Assembly: GCA_964291285.2 (NCBI GenBank)
Contig: OZ219787.1
Location: 672,001 to 736,000, forward strand
Reading direction: 5' to 3'
From: Alphaproteobacteria bacterium
GTDB lineage: Bacteria; Pseudomonadota; Alphaproteobacteria; Bin95
DNA: 64,000 nt
Shown here: positions 1-9,298 of the stretch, piece after piece
Layout: each line of letters opens with the position of its first letter
How positions within the stretch are numbered: position 1 is the stretch's first letter
The notes under the pieces: generated by a model
Databases searched by the model: none
Seen by the model: only the letters and a program-made list of their open reading frames with translations
Told to the model about the DNA's origin: nothing
Made by a program: the position numbers and the translations under genes

Positions 1-170
1 AGGCCCCAGAAAATCGCCTGGATCGCAATCGCCATCGACATGATGTCCACCGGCCAGCCCAGGCCGGTGCTAACCGGGTCCAGGTAGATGCCGAAGGACT
101 GGCGCGACCCGAAGGTGAAGGCCAGCACAAGGCTCCCCGCAATGACGACCAACACGCGGTAACGAAGCAT
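1..170 (-). CDS. MFS transporter, N-terminal part (runs off window start)
   Basis: Manual translation from ATG at 170: MLRYRVLVVIAGSLVLAFTFGSRQSFGIYLDPVSTGLGWPVDIMSMAIAIQAIFWG, a typical MFS first-helix GxRQSFG motif. Confidence 0.75.
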   Translation of the reverse strand, partial: MLRYRVLVVIAGSLVLAFTFGSRQSFGIYLDPVSTGLGWPVDIMSMAIAIQAIFWG

Positions 171-237
171 CGCCGATTTCCCGAAGCGTTCCGTCTCGCT
201 TACAATCTGGCCCGCCCCGAGACAAGGAGATGCCGGA

Positions 238-1035
238 ATGGGCGACACGGTGCTTTGCGAGATCGACAAGGGAATCGCCTGGGTCACGCTCAACAACCCG
301 AAGGCGCGCAATGCGCTGAGTGCGCAGATGCGCATCGACATGCGGGACGTCATCGGCGACCTGGAGCATGACGGGTCCGTGCGCTGCGTGGTGCTGCGCG
401 GCGCGGGCGGGCATTTCATGGCGGGCGGCGACATCCGCGCCATGCAGGAGCGCCTCGAAATAGACAAGGAGACCCGCAAGCGCGTCGTGGTCGAGGGCAT
501 CCATGCGATCCATCTGCCGATCTTCGCCATCCGCCGGATGCGCAAGCCGGTGATCGCGAGCGTCCAGGGCGCCGCCGCCGGTTTCGGCCTCGGGCTGGTC
601 GCGGCCTGCGACCTCGCGCTCGCCGCCGACGACGCCTTCTTCACGCTCGCCTACTGCCATATCGGCGCGAGCCCGGATGGCGGCTCGTCTTATTTCCTCG
701 CCCGTACGCTCGGCATGAAGCAGGCCATGGAACTGGCGCTGCTCGGCGACCGTTTCGGCGCCGAGCGCGCGCTCGAACTCGGCATCGTGAACCGGGTCGT
801 GCCGGCCGCCGACCTGGAGGCCGAGACCCGGGCGCTGGCCGAACGCCTCGCCGCCGGGCCGACGGTCGCCTACGCCCAGGCCAAGTCGCTCTTCAACACC
901 GCCTTCCACACGCCCATGGAGCAGCAATTGCAGTGGGAGGGCGAGCATATGGCGATGTCGATGACCACGGACGACCATGCCGAGGGCGTCACCGCTTTCC
1001 TCGAAAAGCGCCGGCCCGTCTTCAAGGGCGCCTGA
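238..1035 (+). CDS. Enoyl-CoA hydratase/isomerase (crotonase family, PaaG-like)
   Basis: FMAGGDI, AAGFGLGL, GASPDGG motifs; C-terminal EGVTAFLEKRRPVFKG; GGAG SD. Confidence 0.9.
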   Translation: MGDTVLCEIDKGIAWVTLNNPKARNALSAQMRIDMRDVIGDLEHDGSVRCVVLRGAGGHFMAGGDIRAMQERLEIDKETRKRVVVEGIHAIHLPIFAIRRMRKPVIASVQGAAAGFGLGLVAACDLALAADDAFFTLAYCHIGASPDGGSSYFLARTLGMKQAMELALLGDRFGAERALELGIVNRVVPAADLEAETRALAERLAAGPTVAYAQAKSLFNTAFHTPMEQQLQWEGEHMAMSMTTDDHAEGVTAFLEKRRPVFKGA

Positions 1036-1077
1036 GCGCCCGCCGTCATTGCCCGAAAACGCTGCCACGGAGCGGAC

Positions 1078-2019
1078 ATGACCGAATTGCGGACCGTCAC
1101 CGACGGGCTGATGTTTCCCGAAGGGCCGATCGCCATGCCGGACGGCTCGGTGCTCCTCGTCGAAATCCGTCGCGGCACGTTGACGCGCGTCTTTCCGGAC
1201 GGGGGCAAGGAGGTCGTCGCAGAGACGGGCGGCGGGCCGAACGGCGCCGCGCTCGGGCCCGACGGGCGGGTCTATATCTGCAACAATGGCGGCAATGAAT
1301 GGCTCGACGAGGCGGGCGGGCGTATGCGCCCCGTCGGGCAGGGGAGGGACTACAGCGGCGGCCGGATCGAGGCGGTGGACCTCGCGACCGGCGCGGTCGA
1401 GATGCTCTACACCGAATGCGAAGGCCGCCGGCTCAAGGGGCCGAACGACCTCGTGTTCGACGGCGAGGGCGGCTTCTGGTTCACCGATCTAGGCAAGGTC
1501 CGCGACCGGGAGCGGGCCTGGGACCGCACCGGCATCCACTACGCCCACGCCGACGGCTCCTTCATCACCGAAGCGGCCTTCCCGCTCATCACGCCGAACG
1601 GCATCGGCCTCTCGCCCGACGACAGTGTGGTCTATGTCGCCGAAACGCAGACCGGGCGCATCTGGGCCTTCGACATCGAGGCGCCGGGCGTTCTGAAGAA
1701 ACATCCCTGGCCGAGCCCCCATGGCGGGCGGCTGGTCAACCAGACTCACGGCTACCGCATGCTCGACAGCCTGGCGGTGGATGCGGCCGGGAACATCTGC
1801 GTTGCCACCCTGATGGACCCCGGCATCTCCGTCGTCCGGCCCGACGGGTCGGGGCTGGAGCATGTTCCGATGCCGGACCCTTACACGACCAATATCTGCT
1901 TCGGCGGCCCGGACCTTCGCACCGCCTTCATCACAATGTCCCACACCGGCAGGCTGGTTTCCTGCGACTGGCCGGAAGCCGGCCTGCCGCTCCACTACCT
2001 GAACGAGCGGACCGGATAG
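1078..2019 (+). CDS. SMP-30/gluconolactonase/LRE family protein
   Basis: FPEGP, GPNGAA, GPNDLVFD, PNGIGLSPD, DSLAVD, TNICFGG beta-propeller motifs. Confidence 0.9.
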   Translation: MTELRTVTDGLMFPEGPIAMPDGSVLLVEIRRGTLTRVFPDGGKEVVAETGGGPNGAALGPDGRVYICNNGGNEWLDEAGGRMRPVGQGRDYSGGRIEAVDLATGAVEMLYTECEGRRLKGPNDLVFDGEGGFWFTDLGKVRDRERAWDRTGIHYAHADGSFITEAAFPLITPNGIGLSPDDSVVYVAETQTGRIWAFDIEAPGVLKKHPWPSPHGGRLVNQTHGYRMLDSLAVDAAGNICVATLMDPGISVVRPDGSGLEHVPMPDPYTTNICFGGPDLRTAFITMSHTGRLVSCDWPEAGLPLHYLNERTG

Positions 2020-2045
2020 CGCCGGACGGAGCACGGAACGCGCCC

Positions 2046-2813
2046 ATGCGGGAAGAGCTGCTCGAATCCGTCTGCCGGGTTGCGCGCGAGGCGGGCGAAA
2101 CGATCATGCCCTGGTTCCGCGCGCCGAGGCTGGAGACGCGCCGCAAGGCGGACCGCAGCCAGGTGACGGCGGCGGACGAGGCGGCCGAACGCCTGATCCT
2201 CGAGCGCCTCGCCGCATTGACCCCGGAAATCCCTATCGTGGCCGAGGAAAGCGTTGCGGCGGGGCGGGTGCCGGAAATCGGCGACGGGCCGTTCTGGCTG
2301 GTGGATCCGCTCGACGGCACCAAGGAGTTCATCCACAAGGTTCCCGAGTTCACGGTCAATATCGCGCTCATCGAGCAAGGACGCCCGGTGCTGGGCGCCG
2401 TCTATCTGCCCGCTTCGAATGAGCTTTATGCCGGCCGGAAGGACGCCGGCGCCTTCATGGAAGACAGCGGCGGGCGGCGGAAAATCGCCATCCGGCCGTT
2501 CCCCAGCACGGGCATCACGGTCACGGTCAGCCGCACTTACGGGGCGGGCCGGGACATCGACCGCTTCCTCGCGCGCTACGATGTCGCCCGGCAGATCGAC
2601 GCCGGCTCGTCGCTCAAATTCTGCCTGATCGCGCGCGGCGAGGCGGACGTCTATCCGCGCTACGGCGGCAGCAACGAGTGGGACACGGCCGCCGGCCATG
2701 CCGTGCTGGCGGCTGCCGGCGGCTCCGTGCGCGAAATCGACGACGGCCCCGAACTGCTCTACGGCAAGGCGCGCTTCTCGAATCCTTGGTTCATCGCCTG
2801 GGGCGGGTCGTGA
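2046..2813 (+). CDS. cysQ: 3'(2'),5'-bisphosphate nucleotidase CysQ
   Basis: EE and WLVDPLDGTKEF, GSSLKFC, EWDTAAGHA inositol-monophosphatase motifs; start reassigned to ATG 2046. Confidence 0.88.
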   Translation: MREELLESVCRVAREAGETIMPWFRAPRLETRRKADRSQVTAADEAAERLILERLAALTPEIPIVAEESVAAGRVPEIGDGPFWLVDPLDGTKEFIHKVPEFTVNIALIEQGRPVLGAVYLPASNELYAGRKDAGAFMEDSGGRRKIAIRPFPSTGITVTVSRTYGAGRDIDRFLARYDVARQIDAGSSLKFCLIARGEADVYPRYGGSNEWDTAAGHAVLAAAGGSVREIDDGPELLYGKARFSNPWFIAWGGS

Positions 2814-3733
2814 GGTCCGGGGCGGCTGTCAAGGACGCCGCCCGGTCGATCCGCGCCGGCAGGCTCGTCGCCTTCCCGACCGAGACCGTTTACGGGCTCG
2901 GGGCCGACGCGACCGACGACCGCGCCGTCGCCGCCGTGTTCGAGGCCAAGGGCCGGCCGCGCTTCAACCCGCTCATCGTGCATGTTGCGGACCGCGGCGG
3001 GGCGGAGGCGCTGGCGGTCTTCGACGACCGCGCCCGCCGGCTCGCAGACCGGTTCTGGCCCGGCCCGCTGACCCTGGTGTTGCCGCGCGCGCCGGCCTCG
3101 CCCGTCTCGTGGCTCGCGTCGGCCGGCCTCGACACGCTGGCGCTCCGCTGGCCGGCGCATCCGCTGGCGGAAGCGTTGATCCGCGCCGCCGGGCGGCCGC
3201 TGGTGGGCCCGAGCGCCAACCGCTCCGGGCGGCTCAGCCCGACGACGGCGGCCCATGCCGCGGCGGAGCTCGGGCAGAGCGCGGCCATGGTGCTCGACGG
3301 CGGCCCCTGCCGGCTCGGCCTCGAATCGACCGTGGTCGCGCTCGGCGCCGGCCCGCCGGCCCTGTTGCGGCCGGGCGCTCTCGACGCCGACGCAATCGAG
3401 GCGGAGACCGGCCCGCTCGCCGAACCCGCCCCGTCGGCAGGCGGCGATGCGCCGCGCCCCGCGCCGGGGATGCTGCTGCGGCATTATGCGCCCGGCAGCC
3501 CGCTCCGCATGGAGGCCAACGCGGCCCGCCCGGGCGAAGCCATGCTCGGCTTCGGGGCCGTGGACGGCGACCTGAACCTCAGCCCGTCCGGCGATCTCGC
3601 GGAGGCCGCCGCCAACCTGTTCGCCATGCTGCGCCGGCTGGACGGCGGGGGCGGCATCGCCGTGGCCCCGATTCCCGGGCGCGGCCTCGGCCGGGCGATC
3701 AACGACCGCCTGCGCCGCGCCGCCCGGGGGTAG
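2810..3733 (+). CDS. tsaC: L-threonylcarbamoyladenylate synthase (Sua5 type)
   Basis: VAFPTETVYGLGADA, KGRPRFNPLIVH, PSANRSG, PGMLLRHYAP, AINDRLRRAA; GTG start overlaps cysQ stop. Confidence 0.9.
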   Translation: MRSGAAVKDAARSIRAGRLVAFPTETVYGLGADATDDRAVAAVFEAKGRPRFNPLIVHVADRGGAEALAVFDDRARRLADRFWPGPLTLVLPRAPASPVSWLASAGLDTLALRWPAHPLAEALIRAAGRPLVGPSANRSGRLSPTTAAHAAAELGQSAAMVLDGGPCRLGLESTVVALGAGPPALLRPGALDADAIEAETGPLAEPAPSAGGDAPRPAPGMLLRHYAPGSPLRMEANAARPGEAMLGFGAVDGDLNLSPSGDLAEAAANLFAMLRRLDGGGGIAVAPIPGRGLGRAINDRLRRAARG

Positions 3734-3739
3734 CCCGGC

Positions 3740-4228
3740 TCACGCCGCGGCCTCCTCCGCGTGGAAGCGGATGGCGAGGCGGGGGCCGACGGGCCAGGGC
3801 TGGCGGCGGTGCGCCTCGACGATCTGCCGCGCCCGCGCGGCCGCCGCTTCGGGAAACGGCACGCCCCGGCGCAGCCCCAGGTCCACATGCATGCACAGGC
3901 ACTCGTAGGCGGCGAGCGCCGGACCCTCCGCCGTGCGGTGGAGCGTCTGCAGATAGTGGACGCGCTTCTCGTCCGCATCGGCGAAATGGAACCGGCAGAG
4001 CAGCCGCTCGCCGGCCCTGGCGTCGTCCAGATAGACGACGTGGCTCTCCAGCGCGAAAGTGCTGCAATTGGTCCGCGCGAGATAGTCCGGCGGCAGACCG
4101 AGCGCGCGCCCGAACGGCTCCAGCACCGCCTCGAACAGCTCCAGATAGCGCACCCGCGGCACGAGGCCGTCCGGCCCCGCCCAAGCGGCCGGAATCTCCG
4201 GCGCGAACCCTTCCGGCCAGATGCTCAA
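3740..4228 (-). CDS. Thioesterase-like (hotdog fold) protein
   Basis: FALESHVVYL and DADEKRVH 4HBT-like pattern; 4-bp overlap with asd stop. Confidence 0.65.
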   Translation of the reverse strand: MSIWPEGFAPEIPAAWAGPDGLVPRVRYLELFEAVLEPFGRALGLPPDYLARTNCSTFALESHVVYLDDARAGERLLCRFHFADADEKRVHYLQTLHRTAEGPALAAYECLCMHVDLGLRRGVPFPEAAAARARQIVEAHRRQPWPVGPRLAIRFHAEEAAA

Positions 4229-5235
4229 AGCCAGGTGTCGGCGAGTTCGTGGGCGATCTGTACGGCGTTGGTCGCCGCCCCCTTGCGCAGATTGTCCGAA
4301 ACGACCCAGAGGTTGAGGCCGTATTCGACGGTCGGGTCGTGGCGGATGCGCGAGACGAACACGGTGTCGTCGCCGGCGGCCTCCTTCGGCGTGACATAAC
4401 CGCCGTCCTGGCGCCGGTCCACCACCTCAACGCCGGGCGCCGCGCTCAGCAGTTCGTAGGCCTCTTCCTCATCCATCGGCCCGTCGAACTCGACATTCAC
4501 CGCCTCGGCATGGCCGACGAAGACCGGCACCCGCACGCAGGTCGCGGTGACCGCGATGTCGGCGTCGAGGATCTTCCGGGTCTCGTTGACCATCTTCCAC
4601 TCTTCCTTCGTCGAGCCGTCCTCCATGAAGACGTCGATATGCGGCACGACATTGAAGGCGATCTCCTTGGTGAACTCGGCGGGCTCCGCGTCCTCCAGCT
4701 GATAGACCCCGCGCGTCTGGCCCCAGAGCTCGTCCATGCCCTTCCGGCCCGCGCCGGAGACCGACTGGTAGGTGGAGACCACGATCCGCCGGATCGGCTG
4801 CGCGTCCTGCAGCGGCTTCAGCGCCACCACCATCTGTATGGTCGAGCAATTGGGGTTGGAGACGATGTTGCGCGCCGAAAAACCCGCCAGCGCCTCCCGG
4901 TTCACCTCCGGCACCACCAGCGGCACGTCGCTGTCCAGGCGGAAGGTCGAGCTGTTGTCGATCACGACACAACCGGCGGCGGCGGCGCGCGGCGCATGCA
5001 CCTTCGAGACCGCGCCACCCGGCGAGAACAGCGCAATGTCCCAGCCCGAGAAGTCGAACTCGTCGAGCACCTGCACGTCGAGCTCGTCGTCGCCGAAGGA
5101 CACCTTGCGGCCATGACTTTTTCGCGACGCCAGCGCCGCAATGTCGTCCACGGGGAAGGATGTCTCGTGCAACCCTTCCAGAAGCTGGTAGCCGACGGCT
5201 CCGGTCGCGCCGGCTACGGCGACCCTGTAGCCCAT
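4225..5235 (-). CDS. asd: Aspartate-semialdehyde dehydrogenase
   Basis: VAGATGAVG, VIDNSS, NPNCST, TYQSVSGAG, CVRVPVFVGH, DNLRKGAATN. Confidence 0.97.
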   Translation of the reverse strand: MGYRVAVAGATGAVGYQLLEGLHETSFPVDDIAALASRKSHGRKVSFGDDELDVQVLDEFDFSGWDIALFSPGGAVSKVHAPRAAAAGCVVIDNSSTFRLDSDVPLVVPEVNREALAGFSARNIVSNPNCSTIQMVVALKPLQDAQPIRRIVVSTYQSVSGAGRKGMDELWGQTRGVYQLEDAEPAEFTKEIAFNVVPHIDVFMEDGSTKEEWKMVNETRKILDADIAVTATCVRVPVFVGHAEAVNVEFDGPMDEEEAYELLSAAPGVEVVDRRQDGGYVTPKEAAGDDTVFVSRIRHDPTVEYGLNLWVVSDNLRKGAATNAVQIAHELADTWL

Positions 5236-5268
5236 GAGCTCGTGTCCTTCGCAAATGGCCGGCGAGAC

Positions 5269-5826
5269 TTACGGCGCGCCCGCCCGCTTTTCAATCCCCC
5301 GCTCCCGTTTGCCGGATCCATGCGCCCTGCTGCGCCAACGGGACTCGGCCAGGACCACGGAGGTCTCGATCTGGCGCTCGGGAACGGTCCAGTAGCGCCG
5401 CAACAGCCTTGTTTTCTCCGGCTCCGGAACCGTCTCGAACCCATACCGGCGATAGAACGCAATCGCCCAATCGGCGGCTGCCCAGGTGCCGATAAGGACC
5501 GGACGGTCCTGACGCGCGAGCAATCCTTCGAGCAGCGCCGACCCGATGCCCGACCTCCGGTGCGCCGTCGCCACATAGGCATGGCGGATCAGCGTCACAT
5601 CCTCGACCGGCTGGATGCCCATTACCCCGACCAGTCCCGCTCCTGCTATCTCGTATCCGTCGAAGCTGATATCAGCCGCAAGCTCTTCGGCCAGCTCCCC
5701 GGCGGGCATGTAAGGCTCCTTCCACCGATCGTCCGGTATGACCCCGCGATAGGCCTGGGCGGCATCGTTGATAATCGTGAGGATGCGGTCGAAGTCGTCC
5801 GCCGTGCAGTGCCTGATCATGGCCAT
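5269..5826 (-). CDS. GNAT family N-acetyltransferase
   Basis: IRHAYV..HRRSGIGSALL acetyl-CoA motif and FYRRYGF; start reassigned to ATG 5826 (or 5820). Confidence 0.85.
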   Translation of the reverse strand: MAMIRHCTADDFDRILTIINDAAQAYRGVIPDDRWKEPYMPAGELAEELAADISFDGYEIAGAGLVGVMGIQPVEDVTLIRHAYVATAHRRSGIGSALLEGLLARQDRPVLIGTWAAADWAIAFYRRYGFETVPEPEKTRLLRRYWTVPERQIETSVVLAESRWRSRAHGSGKRERGIEKRAGAP

Positions 5827-5875
5827 CTCCGTTCGTTGCGCCGCTTCGCCGCCAGCCAATGCGCTCTTCCCGGCT

Positions 5876-7525
5876 TCAGGCGGCCAGAAGGCGTTCCGCC
5901 AATTCTCGGGCCTCGTCGAGTTCGCGGACAATCCGGCCTTCGGGAACACGACGCAACACATCGAATGCTTCCAGGATGACCCTGACTTCCCCGGACATGC
6001 CCATGATGATCGTTTCCGTATCCTCCTTGCCGGCGCGTTCCATGAGAAGCGCAACCACATGCGCGGCGCTGTCGTCGATATGAGTCACGCGCGAGAGGTC
6101 GAAGATGACGACTTCGTGTTCCCTGATATCGGCGCCGACCATCCGGACCAGCTTGCGGGATGAGGCGACGGTGAACGCGCCCCGGAACGCCAGAAGCCCG
6201 ACGCGGGCGTCAAAGGGGTCGGCATCCGCCTCTTCGCCGTCGGCCGCGAGAAAGGTCCGGTCCAGCAGGGGCACCGAAATCACGCTGTCCAGCTCCATCC
6301 TCTCGAGCCGCGACGCATGGACGATGCCGGCCGCCACCAGTCCGAACGCGATTGCCGTCAGGGGCCCGGCGAACACCGCCAGGACGAACGTCAGCACCAT
6401 CACCACCGCATAGCCGCGAGGCATTCGACGGAGGCTCCGGACAAACCGCCAGTCGATAAGCTCCCAGCCTATCTTCAGGAGGATGACAGAGAGCGCGGCA
6501 AGGGGGATCGGCTCGGCAAACCGTCCGAGACCGAGCAGCAGCGCAAGAAGGCACGCCGCGCGCACGATGCCGGCCATGACGGTACGGCCGCCGAGATTCA
6601 GGTTGATGAGGGTGCCCGGATTGGCGGCGCCGGGCATGGCTCCGAGTACGCCCGCAGCCATGTTGCCGATGCCCTGCCCCACCAACTCGCGGTTCGGATC
6701 GTGCTGCGCTCCGGTGATCGCGTCCGCGGTAAGCGACATCATCAGGCTGTAGATCGACGCGACCAGGGCGATCAGGAGGGCCGGCTCGACCGCAGACAGC
6801 AGGAAGTCGAGCGATGGCAGGCTCAGGACCGGAGCCGGAAGTCCGCTCGGCAGAGCGCCGAGCACGGCAATACCGTCCAGCAAGAAGACGCCGAGAGCGG
6901 TCGCGACGGCCATCGCTGCCAGCGGCCCCGGAGCCCACCTGTCCACAGCCCGCGGCCAGAACACCAGAACAGCCATGGTCGCGGCCGAAAGGATGACGGT
7001 TTCGGGATCCGCCAGGGAAACCGCCTCCGGCAGCGCCAGAAGCGTGTTGACCGCGCCCCGGGCAGGCAGGCCGGTTCCGAGAGCGGTCTGGATCTGGGAC
7101 AGGATCAGGATGACGCCGACGCCGGAAATGAAGCCGGACAGCACGACATGCGGCATGTAGGAGACGAAGCGCCCCACCCTGAACAGCCCGAACAGGATCT
7201 GGAATCCGCCCGCCATCGCGGCGATGAGGCCGATTTCGGCAAGGCTGGCCCCGCCCGTGGCGAGGACCACGGAAACCATGACGGCGATGGCCGCGCTCGG
7301 GCCGCTGGACTGGGCCTTGGTGCCGCCGAAAAGCGCCGCGAAGAAACCCACTATGACGACGCAATAGAGACCGGCCAGCGCCCCCATGCCGGACGCAACC
7401 CCCAGAGCCATGCCGCCGGGAACCCCGACTGCCAGCATGGTCACGCCGCTGCGGGCGTCGGCCCGGAATGTTCCCCAGGTGTAGGGTTCGGAGTCCGGTG
7501 ATCTCCAGCGGCCCAGCATCGGCAT
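5876..7525 (-). CDS. SulP family anion transporter with C-terminal STAS domain
   Basis: ALFGGT..SGP, NRELVGQGIGN, many TM helices, STAS-like DLSRVTHIDDSA. Confidence 0.9.
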   Translation of the reverse strand: MPMLGRWRSPDSEPYTWGTFRADARSGVTMLAVGVPGGMALGVASGMGALAGLYCVVIVGFFAALFGGTKAQSSGPSAAIAVMVSVVLATGGASLAEIGLIAAMAGGFQILFGLFRVGRFVSYMPHVVLSGFISGVGVILILSQIQTALGTGLPARGAVNTLLALPEAVSLADPETVILSAATMAVLVFWPRAVDRWAPGPLAAMAVATALGVFLLDGIAVLGALPSGLPAPVLSLPSLDFLLSAVEPALLIALVASIYSLMMSLTADAITGAQHDPNRELVGQGIGNMAAGVLGAMPGAANPGTLINLNLGGRTVMAGIVRAACLLALLLGLGRFAEPIPLAALSVILLKIGWELIDWRFVRSLRRMPRGYAVVMVLTFVLAVFAGPLTAIAFGLVAAGIVHASRLERMELDSVISVPLLDRTFLAADGEEADADPFDARVGLLAFRGAFTVASSRKLVRMVGADIREHEVVIFDLSRVTHIDDSAAHVVALLMERAGKEDTETIIMGMSGEVRVILEAFDVLRRVPEGRIVRELDEARELAERLLAA

Positions 7526-7560
7526 CCCCTGGCAGGGCGGTCGAGACGGCTCCCGCTGCC

Positions 7561-8298
7561 CTAGCCGCGCCCGATGAACGGCATGCCGTTCGCCATCACG
7601 GTCAGGAACGGCACATTGGCGTCCGGCGAGAGGCCCGCCATGTAGAGCACAGCGTCGGCCACATGGCGCACGTCCATCACCGGCTCGACCTTCGTGGAAC
7701 CGTCAGGCTGCAGCACGCCCTTTTTCATCCGCTGCGTCATAGGGGTCTCGGCATTGCCGATATCGATCTGGCCGCAGGTGATGCCGCAGGCCCGCCCGTC
7801 GAGGATGGTCGAGCGCGTGAGCCCGGTGACACCGTGCTTGGTCGCAGTGTAGGGCGCCGAGTTGGGGCGCGGCACATGGGCCGAGATCGACCCGTTGTTG
7901 ATGATCCGCCCGCCGGAGGGGTCCTGCGCCTTCATCACCCGGAAGGCTTCCCTCGTGCACAGGAAACTGCCGGTGAGGTTTGCGTCCACCACCGCCTGCC
8001 ACTGCGCGAGCGTCAGCTCCTCCAGCGGCACCGGAGGCGCGCCCGAGCCTGCATTGTTGAACAGGAGATCGACACGGCCGAACCGGGCAACCACCGCCTC
8101 GAACAGCGCTTTCACCTGCGCCTCGTCGCCGACATCGGTCGATTGCACCAGCGTGCGCTCCGGCCAGCGCCGGGCGACCTCCTCCAGCGGCTCCGCGCGC
8201 CGCCCGGCGAGCGCCACCTCATAGCCTGCACCCAGGAGCGCCTCCGAAGCGGCCTGCCCGACGCCCGTCCCGGCGCCGGTAACTATTGCAACCGGCAT
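7561..8298 (-). CDS. Short-chain dehydrogenase/reductase
   Basis: [18 protein letters not shown] (YxxxK). Confidence 0.9.
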   Translation of the reverse strand: MPVAIVTGAGTGVGQAASEALLGAGYEVALAGRRAEPLEEVARRWPERTLVQSTDVGDEAQVKALFEAVVARFGRVDLLFNNAGSGAPPVPLEELTLAQWQAVVDANLTGSFLCTREAFRVMKAQDPSGGRIINNGSISAHVPRPNSAPYTATKHGVTGLTRSTILDGRACGITCGQIDIGNAETPMTQRMKKGVLQPDGSTKVEPVMDVRHVADAVLYMAGLSPDANVPFLTVMANGMPFIGRG

Positions 8299-8407
8299 CG
8301 CGCTTTCCTCTCCCTCCTCGTCGAGCGGGGCACTCTAGAGCCTTTCTGCGCCGCACGGAAACGGTCTAGGCTAAGGGCCTGCACGGCATGACGGAGGCAG
8401 CGACCAG

Positions 8408-9298
8408 ATGAGTTCCGAGCAATTGGCGGCCCTGAAGGCCCTGCTTCGGGAACGCGGCAAACCGGAGAACCCGACAGTGCCCGAAATGCGCGCGCGCATC
8501 GCGGAAGTGGGCGAGCGGTTCCCCGCGCCGACGGAAGCGGAGGTAGCGCCGGTGACCGTCGCCGGCCGCTATGCGGAATGGATTGCCGCACCCGGCTGCT
8601 TCGCGGACCGCGCCGTGCTCTACCTGCATGGTGGCGGCTATGTCATCGGCTCCTGCGATTCGCACCGCAACCTGGCCTACAACATTGCCGCGGCGTCGAA
8701 AGCGAAAGTCCTGCTCCTCGACTACCGCCTCGCGCCGGAATCGCCCTTTCCCGCGGCGGTGGACGACGCGGTCGCCGCCTATTGCTGGCTGCTCGACGAG
8801 GGCTTTGCGCCAAGCCGGCTCTCGATAGCGGGCGACTCGGCGGGCGGCGGGCTCACCGTCGCTGCGCTCGTCGCATTGCGCTATCGCGGCCAGCCGATGC
8901 CGGCGGCGGGGCTGTGCCTGTCGCCCTGGGTGGATATGGAAGGCGTCGGCGCCTCGATGACGGCCAAGGAAGACGAGGACCCGACCCTGAACCACGAGGC
9001 GCTGCTCTGGTTCTCCGAGCGCTATCTTGCGGGCGCCGATCCGCGCGCGCCGCTCGCTGCGCCGATCTACGCCGACCTCGCGGGCCTGCCGCCGCTGCTG
9101 GTCTAGGTGGGCACCGCCGAAGTGCTGCTCGACGACTCGCTCCGGCTCGCCGAGCGCGCCCGCGCGGCGGGCGTCGATGTCAGCCTCGATGTCGCTCATG
9201 ACATGATGCATGTCTGGCACCTGTTCGAGCCGGTGCTGGACGAAGCGGGCGAGGCGATTGCCCGCGCCGGGGCCTTCCTGCGCGGGCGCATGCGGTGA
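8408..9298 (+). pseudogene. Alpha/beta hydrolase (HSL-family esterase) with in-frame TAG
   Basis: HGGGY, GDSAGG motifs; the same frame continues after TAG at 9104-9106 (LPPLLV*VGTAEVLLDD...MMHVW). Confidence 0.8.

Noticed and set aside
2698-5979. 1093-aa ORF and many other long overlapping ORFs (e.g. 9196-11628, 13829-16024, 33050-35146, 40984-42843)
   Set aside because: Shadow or antisense frames of well-supported genes; low-complexity Arg/Gly/Pro content is expected at this GC
9104-9106. Pyrrolysine or genome-wide TAG recoding
   Set aside because: TAG is the normal stop of many genes here (e.g. 2019, 3733, 39579); no pyl genes seen
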